Origin: Haloferax volcanii DS2
Lineage (GTDB): Archaea; Halobacteriota; Halobacteria; Halobacteriales; Haloferacaceae
Length of the DNA stretch: 32,000 nt
Assembly (NCBI RefSeq): GCF_000025685.1
Contig: NC_013967.1
Location: 810,001 to 842,000 of the forward strand
Direction: 5' to 3'
Position 1 is the stretch's first letter; each line of letters begins with the position of its first letter. A program made the translations under genes and the position numbers. Under the pieces are notes generated by a model, which was given only the letters and a program-made list of their open reading frames with translations, ran no database searches and was not told where the DNA came from. Of this stretch, positions 18,791 to 26,589 are shown one piece after another.

Positions 18791-20233
18791 TTAGTCGTCT
18801 GCGGCCGTCTTCGGTCGGTAGCCCCGACTCACTACCTTCCACGTCCCGGTTTTGAACCGGTAGTAGTTCAGTACCGCCGGAATCGTCGTCTCGGCGAAGA
18901 ACGCCAAGTAGAGCCCGGTGAGTCCGAGCGAGGTGATAGAGCCGATGTAGGTGAGCGGAATCGACCCGAGGAACATCCCGACGAACTGGCTGCCGAACGT
19001 CCAGCGGGTGTCGCCGCTGGCGTCGAGCGGGCCCGCGGAGCCGCCGGAGACGCCCTGTAAGATGACGGCGATACAGGCGACGTAGACGAGGTCGATGGCG
19101 ATGGGGACCGCCGGGTCAGCCGGGTTATCGACGAACCCGAGGACGATGGGGCGGGCGAATATCGCCACGAGCGCCGCCGAGACGAGGTACGTGGCGACGG
19201 CGAACCGGATGACCTCGTTGCCGTAGGCCTCGGCGGTCTGTTCGTCGTCCTTGCCGAGCGCCTGTCCGACGAGGCTCGACGACGCCAGCCCGAAGCCCCA
19301 GCCGGGGGTGTTCATGAGCCCCCAGATGCGGCGGGCGATGACGAACGCCGCGACCACGTCGGGTCCGAAGCTGTCGAGGATGGCGAGCATCGGGAACTCC
19401 GCGACCGTCCAGACGAGGCTCCGACCCATGACGGGGACGCCGATTTTGACGAGGTCGCGTATCGTCTCGGTGTCGAGGAAGGGGCCGAACGGGTCGACGA
19501 CGACGGGGAACGCGCCCACGCCGGGGAGCGACCCCCGCGACAGACCGACCGCGAACGCGCCGGTGACGACGACGTTCGAGAGGACGGTTCCGAGCGCCGC
19601 CCCCTCCACGCCGAGGTCGAGACCGAAGATGAGCACCGCGTTGAGAACGATGTTGATGACCGCACCGCTCGCACGGAGCGTCATCGCGGTGTAGGCGTCG
19701 TCGCTGCCGACGAGAACGCGGCTCCCGATGAGGTTCAGACCGGCGAAGGGGACGCCGAGGCCGACGATTCGGAGGTACGCCGCGCCGAGTTCGATGGCCC
19801 CTTGGTCGCTGCTCAGCACGGAGATGAGTTCGGTAGGGAACAGCCAGAAGACGGTCGTGACCGGGAGCGTGGCGACGACGGTCAAGAGCGCGCTCGACCG
19901 CACCGCGAGCCCCAGTTCGTCAATCGCGTCCGCGCCGAACCGCTGGGAGACGAGCGCGATGGTTCCGCCGGCGATACCGCCGCCGAGTGCGAAGGCGAGT
20001 CCCCAGTACGGCCCGGCGAACCCGACGCCGGTGATGGCGACGGTCCCCGAGGCGATACCCACCATCGCCACGTCGACGGCGTTCTTCGACATCCGGGCGA
20101 GACCGGTGACGACGCGGGGCCACGAGAGGTCGGCGATGCGGACGGCGCGCTCGCGGTCGAGGAGACCGAGACGGGCGAGCGCGAGCCCGATGCCGAGGAT
20201 GAGGAGGCGAACGGGGTTGGGGACCGGGAACAC
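18791..20233 (-). CDS. MATE family efflux transporter
   Basis: About 480 aa and 12-TM. The N-terminus ...PNPVRLLILGIGLALARLGLLDRERAVRIADLSWPRVVTGLARMSKNAVDVAMVG is typical of haloarchaeal MATE proteins. Proposed GTG start at 20231-20233, with a minus-strand TATA-like GATACATAAGTAC at 20258-20270. The 894-aa ORF-track frame is an artefactual read-through antisense to the glyoxalase gene. Confidence 0.8.
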   Translation of the reverse strand: MFPVPNPVRLLILGIGLALARLGLLDRERAVRIADLSWPRVVTGLARMSKNAVDVAMVGIASGTVAITGVGFAGPYWGLAFALGGGIAGGTIALVSQRFGADAIDELGLAVRSSALLTVVATLPVTTVFWLFPTELISVLSSDQGAIELGAAYLRIVGLGVPFAGLNLIGSRVLVGSDDAYTAMTLRASGAVINIVLNAVLIFGLDLGVEGAALGTVLSNVVVTGAFAVGLSRGSLPGVGAFPVVVDPFGPFLDTETIRDLVKIGVPVMGRSLVWTVAEFPMLAILDSFGPDVVAAFVIARRIWGLMNTPGWGFGLASSSLVGQALGKDDEQTAEAYGNEVIRFAVATYLVSAALVAIFARPIVLGFVDNPADPAVPIAIDLVYVACIAVILQGVSGGSAGPLDASGDTRWTFGSQFVGMFLGSIPLTYIGSITSLGLTGLYLAFFAETTIPAVLNYYRFKTGTWKVVSRGYRPKTAADD

Positions 20234-20368
20234 TGCCGAATCGTAACTTCGGGTGGTACTTATGTATCTCGTAACGGGCCGGAAACTCCCGTAGACGGCG
20301 TGTGCCAACCATCGACGGTGGCTTCCGCGTTCGGTACGTTTTTCGCCGGCGCGACACATCACTCGGGT

Positions 20369-21148
20369 ATGTCCGGAACCCTCGACCACGTGATGATTCG
20401 CGTCGAAGACCTCGAGGAGTCGCTCGACTGGTACACGACCCATCTCGGCTACGAGGAGAAGGGTCGCTGGGAGGCCGACACGTTCACCAACGTCTACCTC
20501 GGCCCCGAGGACCTCCACGAGGAGGGCGCGGTTCTCGAACTCACCTACAACCACGGCGACAACACCTACGAGATGGGCGACGCCTGGGGTCACATCGCAG
20601 TCCGCGTCCCCGAGGACGAACTCGAATCCTCCTACCGGCAGCTGATGGACGAGGGCGTCGAGGACTACCGCGACCCCGAGTCCTGCGGCGGTCGCTACGC
20701 GTTCGTCAAGGACCCCGACGGCCACGAGGTCGAAATCGTCAAGCGCGACCACGGCGCGAAGTGGAGCCTCGACCACACGATGATTCGCGTCGAGGACGCC
20801 GACGAGGCGCTCGGCTTCTGGACCCGCAAGTTCGGCTACGAACACACCGGTCGCTGGGAGTCCGACACCTTCGCGAACTACTTCATGAAGCCCGAGGGCG
20901 CGGCCGAGGAGGCGATGGCCGTCGAACTCACCTACAACTACGACGGCCGGAGCTACGAGATGGGCGACGCGTGGGGCCACCTCGCCGTCGGCGCCGACGA
21001 CCTCCACGACTACTGGGAGACGCTCATGGAGCGCGAGGCCGAAGACTACCGCGACCCTGAGTCCTGCGACGACATGTTCGCGTTCACGAAGGACCCCGAC
21101 GGCCACGAAATCGAGGTCATCCCGGCCGACTTCGAGTCGCCGGAGTAA
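20369..21148 (+). CDS. two-domain VOC/glyoxalase I family protein (internal tandem duplication)
   Basis: ATG 20369. The two halves align with each other (LDHVMIRVEDLEESLDWY...YEMGDAWGHIAV...DYRDPESCGGRYAFVKDPDGHEVEI versus LDHTMIRVEDADEALGFW...YEMGDAWGHLAV...DYRDPESCDDMFAFTKDPDGHEIEV). Each half resembles a complete small glyoxalase I monomer. Confidence 0.8.
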   Translation: MSGTLDHVMIRVEDLEESLDWYTTHLGYEEKGRWEADTFTNVYLGPEDLHEEGAVLELTYNHGDNTYEMGDAWGHIAVRVPEDELESSYRQLMDEGVEDYRDPESCGGRYAFVKDPDGHEVEIVKRDHGAKWSLDHTMIRVEDADEALGFWTRKFGYEHTGRWESDTFANYFMKPEGAAEEAMAVELTYNYDGRSYEMGDAWGHLAVGADDLHDYWETLMEREAEDYRDPESCDDMFAFTKDPDGHEIEVIPADFESPE

Positions 21149-21162
21149 CCCGCGTCGAGTCT

Positions 21163-21187
21163 GACGCCCCGGGCGTCTCGTTTTCTC
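21163..21187 (+). terminator. hairpin plus T-tract after the glyoxalase gene
   Basis: GACGCC-ccg-GGCGTC is followed directly by TCGTTTTCTC, starting 15 nt after the stop at 21148. Confidence 0.4.
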
Positions 21188-21272
21188 GTCGCTCCCGACT
21201 GTCGAGACAGCGGCGGCACTGCGGATTCGGACCGCCGGCTCGCACCGGCAGTCGGCGTCCGGAACGGCAAGG

Positions 21273-21281
21273 GATTTAATC
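21273..21281 (+). promoter_or_regulatory. TATA-like box for artA
   Basis: gatttaatc is centred about 26 nt before ATG 21303, giving leaderless geometry. Confidence 0.4.
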
Positions 21282-21302
21282 GGTCCACCGCATCCAGTAC
21301 GT

Positions 21303-22214
21303 ATGCCCGGTCTCCTCTCCGACATCCTCGCGTGGGTGGTCATCGGAACCTTCGTCGCCGGCGCGGTCGCAAACGGGCGAGACCGCGAACTCGGCCGGCG
21401 GGTGATGACTGCCGCGTGGGTGTTGTTCGCGCTCTTCTGGCTCCAACTCATCCCGCATTTCACGCTCGTCCACAAGAGCTACATCGAGGGGCTGTTGACC
21501 ATCGCGGCCGTCCCGGCGTCGCTCTACGCCGGCTGGCTCCTCTACAACGGCCGTGACACGCTGTTCGTCCTCTCGCGCGCCGTCGCCGCCATGGGCGTCG
21601 TCTACCTCCCGTTCGAGACGATTCCGGCGTTTACCCTCCTCGGGGCGACCGTCCCCGCGCCCCGCGGCGTCCTCATGGAGACCGTCGCGGCGCAGACGCG
21701 CTTCCTCATCGAATCACTCGGCTACACGCCGCAGATGATTGTCGGTGATCAGGGCTATCTGAACACGTTCCTGTGGATGCAGGGCTCGCACCGACTCGAA
21801 ATCTCGGTCGTCCTCGCCTGCACCGGCCTCGGGAGCATCGCCATCTTCGCCGGCCTCATCGCCGCCGTCGACGCGCCGATGGGCCGGAAACTCCGCGGGC
21901 TCGCCATCGCCGTTCCCATCATCTACGCGCTGAACCTGCTTCGGACGACGTTCATCGCCATCTCGGTCGGCAAGCAGTACTTCCACCTGTTCGTCGACGA
22001 GGTTCTGTTCCTCTTCGGCTCGTCGGACCCGTACATGGTGTCGTTTTTCATCTCCGACCGCATCATCAGTCAGGCGCTCGCGGTCGTCGCGCTCGTGGGA
22101 GTCACCTACCTCGTCGTCCACGAAGTGCCGGAACTCCTCACGGTCATCGAGGACGTGCTCTACATGGTGACCGGCGACGAGTACGACCTCAGAAACGAGT
22201 TAGGGCTCGACTGA
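21303..22214 (+). CDS. artA: archaeosortase A
   Basis: 303 aa polytopic membrane protein matching the archaeosortase/exosortase pattern. It has a conserved Cys in VVLACTGLGS and Arg in ALNLLRTTFIA. Its length and its neighbourhood next to diphthine synthase resemble Haloferax volcanii ArtA as I recall it. Confidence 0.8.
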   Translation: MPGLLSDILAWVVIGTFVAGAVANGRDRELGRRVMTAAWVLFALFWLQLIPHFTLVHKSYIEGLLTIAAVPASLYAGWLLYNGRDTLFVLSRAVAAMGVVYLPFETIPAFTLLGATVPAPRGVLMETVAAQTRFLIESLGYTPQMIVGDQGYLNTFLWMQGSHRLEISVVLACTGLGSIAIFAGLIAAVDAPMGRKLRGLAIAVPIIYALNLLRTTFIAISVGKQYFHLFVDEVLFLFGSSDPYMVSFFISDRIISQALAVVALVGVTYLVVHEVPELLTVIEDVLYMVTGDEYDLRNELGLD

Positions 22215-22234
22215 TTACGCCGTCGGAGTGACGT

Positions 22235-23044
22235 TCAGTTTTCGTCGTCGAACAGTTCTTCGGGCGCGCCGCCGAGCGCCGAGAGCGCGTCGGCTTCGAC
22301 GTGGTGGACCTCGCCGGGGATGACGAGCATGTGGAGCGGGGCGCCGAAGTCGCGTTCCGCGAGCGCCGAGAGGCGGTCCGCGGCGACGACGGGGTCCGGA
22401 CTTCCGGCCCGGCAGACGGCCACGCCGAGGGCGTCGGCGTCCCAGTGTTCGGCGAACAGCTCCGCCGCATAGTCGGCGGTCATGTACTGGTCGCCGTCGA
22501 CCTCAACGCCGCGGCGGCCCTCCCAGTCGACCTTGATGTCGAGGTAGACGAGCGTGTGCAAGCCGAGGTCGCGGTTCGCTTCGAGCGAGTCGACGACGCT
22601 CTTCGGCACGGGGTCGCCGCCGTGGACGTACGGGAACGGGAGCGTGACGGCCTTCCCGAAGCGGTAGTTCTGGAGTCCGGTCAGGCCGCTGGCGGCGGAC
22701 TGGGCGGTCACGCCGTGGATGAGGCGCGTCTCGATGCCGCGGTCTTCGGCGCGGAGCCGCAGGTCGACGTGCGTGGTCGAAATCATCGTATCGCCGGCGG
22801 TGAGGAACACGACGTGTTCGTCTTCCGCGGCGTCGAGTATCGGTCCGGGGTCCTGTTCGACGCCGGCGCGGTCGCGGACCTCGATGTCGATATCGTGGTA
22901 GGCTTCGAGTTCCTCGACGGTCGCGCCGACGAGGTGGCTCGTGTAGAACTCCGCGAACGCGCGGTCGGCGTCAGCGAGCGCCTCCCGCCCTTCGACGGGG
23001 ACCGAGCGCTCGTCGTACAGACCGAGGCCGATGAAGGTGAGCAT
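22235..23044 (-). CDS. dph5: diphthine synthase
   Basis: Start at ATG 23042-23044 (MLTFIGLGLYDERS...). It shows tetrapyrrole-methylase-fold motifs (FLTAGDTMISTTH, LQNYRFGK). The ORF-track extension to 23182 covers the divergent promoter. Confidence 0.9.
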   Translation of the reverse strand: MLTFIGLGLYDERSVPVEGREALADADRAFAEFYTSHLVGATVEELEAYHDIDIEVRDRAGVEQDPGPILDAAEDEHVVFLTAGDTMISTTHVDLRLRAEDRGIETRLIHGVTAQSAASGLTGLQNYRFGKAVTLPFPYVHGGDPVPKSVVDSLEANRDLGLHTLVYLDIKVDWEGRRGVEVDGDQYMTADYAAELFAEHWDADALGVAVCRAGSPDPVVAADRLSALAERDFGAPLHMLVIPGEVHHVEADALSALGGAPEELFDDEN

Positions 23045-23160
23045 GTCCGTGTTCTGTCGCCGTCGGTGATAAGCGGCGTGACCCTCGGCGGAACGACGGA
23101 TACCATTGCGTGAGATTACCCAACACACTATTGTAGTTTGCCGGAAAATATTTCCTCCGT

Positions 23161-23736
23161 ATGTCAACGGATAGTCGTACACTAGAGACGGAACTGTTCG
23201 GACGAGCGGTGCGGTTCGACTACTCGGAGCGCTGGGTCGGCTACTCGCTGTTTCTGCTCAGAGTGGTGATGGGGTGGACGCTGTTCCAAGGCGGCATCAC
23301 GAAGCTCGTAACCTACCTGGATTCGGACCCCTCGAACAACTGGACCGCGGCGGGCTACCTCGCCAACGCGATTCCCGAGGGGAACCCCCTCATGGGACTG
23401 TGGAGTTCGATGGCAGGGAGTCCGCTCACCGATATGCTGAACATGTGGGGGTTGACGCTGGCCGGACTGGCGCTCATCCTCGGCGCGTTCGTTCGCTTCA
23501 GCGCCTTCTGGGGCGCGGTCATGATGCTGTTCTACTGGGCGGCGGCGCTCGAAGGCGGCATCCTCGCCGGCCTGCCGCTGGCTCACGGCTGGGTCGTCGA
23601 CGACCACATCGTCTACGCGGTGCTGTTGTTCGGTCTCGGCGCGTTCGGCGCGGGCCGCATCCTCGGTGTCGACGCCTACCTCGAAAACATGGAGTTCGTG
23701 CGGCGCAACCGGTGGATGAGCCTCGTCATGGGCTGA
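23161..23736 (+). CDS. DoxX/DoxD-like membrane protein
   Basis: 191 aa and 4 TM. LFLLRVVMGWTLFQGGITKL is a DoxX-type first helix. Confidence 0.7.
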   Translation: MSTDSRTLETELFGRAVRFDYSERWVGYSLFLLRVVMGWTLFQGGITKLVTYLDSDPSNNWTAAGYLANAIPEGNPLMGLWSSMAGSPLTDMLNMWGLTLAGLALILGAFVRFSAFWGAVMMLFYWAAALEGGILAGLPLAHGWVVDDHIVYAVLLFGLGAFGAGRILGVDAYLENMEFVRRNRWMSLVMG

Positions 23737-23757
23737 CCGCCGTGCGCAAGCGACCGC

Positions 23758-23763
23758 TTTTTT
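23758..23763 (+). terminator. T6 tract after the DoxX gene
   Basis: cgcTTTTTTcgc lies 22 nt after the stop at 23736. It is the only long T run in this GC-rich stretch. Confidence 0.4.
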
Positions 23764-23823
23764 CGCCGTCCTCCGCGGACTGACCCGACGGAACTATCTC
23801 GACTGGCGTGTTCCCTTCGAGTG

Positions 23824-24033
23824 ATGTCGACCCCTCGTGCGACGGTCGCTTGTCCGACGTGCGGGCTCGAAGAGCGCTTTTCGAAGCTCGCTGACGCGCG
23901 CCTCCGAATCGAAGAACACCGCGCCGAGACCGGCCACGACCCCGCGTGGGAGTTGGGTCGGTTCGCCCCCGGCGTGGAGAAGATGGGCGACGAGGCGGGC
24001 GTCTGCGGCGTGAACCTCGACGAGAACGACTGA
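23824..24033 (+). CDS. small CPxCG-type zinc-finger protein
   Basis: 69 aa from ATG 23824 (a GTG at 23821 is also possible). CPTCG is followed by H-x5-H (EEHRAETGH), giving C2H2-like spacing. The C-terminus is acidic. Confidence 0.6.
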   Translation: MSTPRATVACPTCGLEERFSKLADARLRIEEHRAETGHDPAWELGRFAPGVEKMGDEAGVCGVNLDEND

Positions 24034-24135
24034 GCCGGTCGCTCGCCGGTTCGGGCTCTCGCTCCGAATCGCGCGAGCGTCGAGTCAGCGACTATGAGCT
24101 TCATAACAGTACGACAGTCTCCCGAACGAGTGAGT

Positions 24136-24252
24136 ATGTGGTGTGAACGGTGCGGACGAGACACGACGGTCCGGAAACACGCGGTAGACGAGTTCACGAG
24201 GTTCCTCTGTAACGACTGTCGGGCGGTGTGGGACCGCTTCGTCTCGGCGTAA
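24136..24252 (+). CDS. candidate 38-aa zinc-ribbon micro-protein (not in the ORF track)
   Basis: Hand translation: MWCERCGRDTTVRKHAVDEFTRFLCNDCRAVWDRFVSA, ending at TAA. It has two CxxC pairs 18 residues apart. An AT-richer tcataacagtacg lies about 35 nt upstream. Confidence 0.4.
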   Translation: MWCERCGRDTTVRKHAVDEFTRFLCNDCRAVWDRFVSA

Positions 24253-24302
24253 TCGGCATCGATGCGGCGTTCGTCCCCCGATGCGGGGCCAGCCGCGGCG
24301 TC

Positions 24303-24335
24303 GTCGATAGCTACTTTTTCGCTCGGTCGATAGCT
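24303..24335 (+). repeat. 10-bp direct repeat GTCGATAGCT x2 in the Rieske gene upstream region
   Basis: Exact copies at 24303-24312 and 24326-24335 (23 bp start to start) flank a T5 run. The second copy ends 8 nt before ATG 24343. Confidence 0.6.
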
Positions 24336-24342
24336 GTGGCCG

Positions 24343-24786
24343 ATGGTCGATGGAACCCGAGTCGCGGCCGTAGACGAGGTCCCCGAAAACGGGTCGTATC
24401 TGTTCACCGCGGAGGACGCGTATTCGCGGCCGACGGAACTCATTCTCGTTCGGTGCGACGACGAGCCGGGTATCGAAGCGTGGCCGAACACCTGCACCCA
24501 CGAGAACCAGCGGTTCGACCGGGGGACCGGCGCGGCGGTGCGCGACGGCGAGATTATCTGCCCGAAACACGGGTCGATGTTCGACACCTGTTCCGGCGCG
24601 TGCGAAAACGGCGAGGCGGCGGGCACCAGCCTGCCGGACGTGGACATCGCGGTCTCCGACGGCGGCGTCTTCCTGACCGACGACGAGTACACCTATCTCT
24701 CCGCTGGCGCGGCGGGCGAGGACGAGGACGGCGACGACGGCGACGACGACGACATCCCGAGTTCGACGTCGCATATCGGGTTCTGA
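24343..24786 (+). CDS. Rieske [2Fe-2S] domain protein
   Basis: Rieske ligand boxes CTHENQRF (CxH) and CPKHGSMF (CxxH) are present. The C-terminal tail is strongly acidic (GEDEDGDDGDDDD). Confidence 0.85.
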   Translation: MVDGTRVAAVDEVPENGSYLFTAEDAYSRPTELILVRCDDEPGIEAWPNTCTHENQRFDRGTGAAVRDGEIICPKHGSMFDTCSGACENGEAAGTSLPDVDIAVSDGGVFLTDDEYTYLSAGAAGEDEDGDDGDDDDIPSSTSHIGF

Positions 24787-24840
24787 GCGCTCCGGGCCCG
24801 GTCGCCGCCGCGTCGTCGCCAACCGCGAGATACTGGTCGC

Positions 24841-25320
24841 CTACTGGTCAGCGCCGTCCTCGTCGAGAAATCCGTGATACGGGCAGACGAACTCGTCGCG
24901 GATGAGCTGTTCGTCGACGATGTCGAGGCCGAGTCCGTCCAGTTCCTCGCTGATGCGATTGAGGTCGTCGTGGTCCGTCCCGATGGCGTTGACGTACACG
25001 TTCCGCTCGCCGGTCATTATCTCTCGAACCGCGGTCACGCCGTGGACGTCGCGCGCCCGATTCGCCAACGCGGAGCGCTCCGGGACGGGCGCGGTACAGA
25101 TTATCTTCGTGTAGAGCGGGTAGCCCGCGAGGTCGTAGTCGATGTCGACGTGGTAGCCGCGGACGATGCCGGTGTCTTCGAGTCTGCTGAGTCGCGTTCT
25201 GACGGTGCTCGACGAGAGACCGAGTTTCTCCGCGATGTCGCTGGACGACGTTCCTCGGGCGTCCTGCTGGAGGTAGTGGAGGATGCGCCTGTCTATCGAG
25301 TCTAACTCGCCGTCTTTCAT
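24841..25320 (-). CDS. Lrp/AsnC family transcriptional regulator
   Basis: N-terminal wHTH (DSIDRRILHYLQQDARGTSSSDIAEKLGLSSSTVRTRLSRLEDTGIVRGY) plus a RAM-like effector domain. ATG at 25318-25320. Confidence 0.88.
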   Translation of the reverse strand: MKDGELDSIDRRILHYLQQDARGTSSSDIAEKLGLSSSTVRTRLSRLEDTGIVRGYHVDIDYDLAGYPLYTKIICTAPVPERSALANRARDVHGVTAVREIMTGERNVYVNAIGTDHDDLNRISEELDGLGLDIVDEQLIRDEFVCPYHGFLDEDGADQ

Positions 25321-25404
25321 GCGTGGGCTACTCTGGACGCGGTGCGACTATGAGTCTCAGTACCTCACAAAGCCGTTTAGTTAGAAGGTCTGCTTGCTGA
25401 AGAT

Positions 25405-26572
25405 GTGTCCAACAACCAGCAAACAGACGATGAAATCCACGAGGACCAGCTCCTTAACTTCCTCGTCAACTCTCTTGACGAGGAAGTTGCTCTCTCACTC
25501 GCTGAAAACGCTGAACTCGATGCTGAAGACATCTACGAGGTCCTCGTCGGCGCCTGCGCCGACGGGACCTCGGTCTCTACACTCTGCAAGAGAAGCGAAG
25601 ATGCACCTCACGAAAACTCGGTTCTCTACCATCTCCGCACCAAGTTCGACCTCGAGACGCTCGAACAAATCGGGAACACGCTCCTCCAGAAAGACGTTCT
25701 CGACGTCCTTCCCCAGCAGGTGGAGGTCTGCGCAGACCTCCACCTGCGGCCCTACTACGGCGACGAAGACGATACAGACGGCCTGTATCACTCACAAGCG
25801 AAGCGTGGAACCACCGCGTTTCACGCGTACGCGACACTGTACGCACGCGTGAAGAACAAACGCTACACGCTGGCGGTGTCGCCGTCTCGAAGACGGCGAC
25901 ACCGCCAGCAGTGTCCTCGCAGAGTTCCTCGGTATTCTCGACGGCCTTGACCTCGGTGTCAAGGCCGTCTATCTTGACCGCGAATTCTACGACAGCAAGT
26001 GTTTGACGCTGCTTCAGGCGCACAACCACGCCTACGTCATGCCGATCGTCCGCTGGGGACGGACGATCAAGCGAGAACTCTCAGAAGGGTGGAGTCGCGT
26101 GATTCAGCACAGTCTGACAGCGAAACTCGACGGTCACAGCTGGACCGTCGAGTTTCCCGTCTACATCGACTGTACCTACCAGAACGGACGGTACGACGAA
26201 CATGGCGTGGCGCGTCACGGCTACGCCGCTGACGCGCCGTTCATCGACTCACCACGGGACGCTCGATACCACTACGCGAAACGCTTCGGTATCGAGGCAA
26301 GCTATCGACTCTCCGAGCAAAGTATCGCGACGACCTCGACACAAAATCCGGTCGTACGGCTGTTGTACGTCGTGGTGAGCCTGCTGTTACAGAACGTCTG
26401 GCGGTATTTGCACTGGGAGTACGTGGCGACGCCCCGCCGTGGGGGGCGTCGCCTCTGGGAGTGGTCGTTCAAGGAGTTCATCAATATGGTCCGTCGAGCA
26501 GCGTGGACGGCCCTCGCGGTGCGTCGGGCCGTCCCCGCGAACCGACCACCAGACGACCGGTTCCACCGGTAA
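25405..26572 (+). pseudogene. ISH3-family DDE transposase, frameshifted
   Basis: ORFs 25405..25950 and 26003..26572 together align with the intact 388-aa transposase of copy B. Copy A has one extra T near 25879 (ctggcggtgTcgccg versus ctggcggtgcgccg in copy B). This +1 frameshift falls between the first and second DDE aspartates. Confidence 0.9.
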
Positions 26573-26579
26573 CTCCCGA

Positions 26580-26589
26580 CCGGGCTAGC
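26580..26589. repeat. target-site duplication of the nested IS4-family element (left copy)
   Basis: CCGGGCTAGC is repeated at 28035-28044. The next base, C, is also shared, so the duplication is 10 or 11 bp. Copy B carries this sequence only once (ccgggctagccaac). Confidence 0.9.

Noticed and set aside
20234-21475. The N-terminal 414 codons of the 894-aa ORF 18791..21475, which would make a giant MATE fusion protein.
   Set aside because: This part is antisense to the well-supported glyoxalase gene and crosses a divergent promoter region carrying TATA-like boxes. The sequence is low-complexity and Arg/Val-rich. The MATE homology begins only around ...PNPVRLLILG.
25860-25900. Possible programmed ribosomal frameshift in the copy A transposase (a two-ORF arrangement like that of IS3 or IS630 elements).
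   Set aside because: Copy B encodes the same protein as one continuous ORF and lacks the extra T. There is no slippery heptamer at the site. It is a simple inactivating indel, or a sequencing error.
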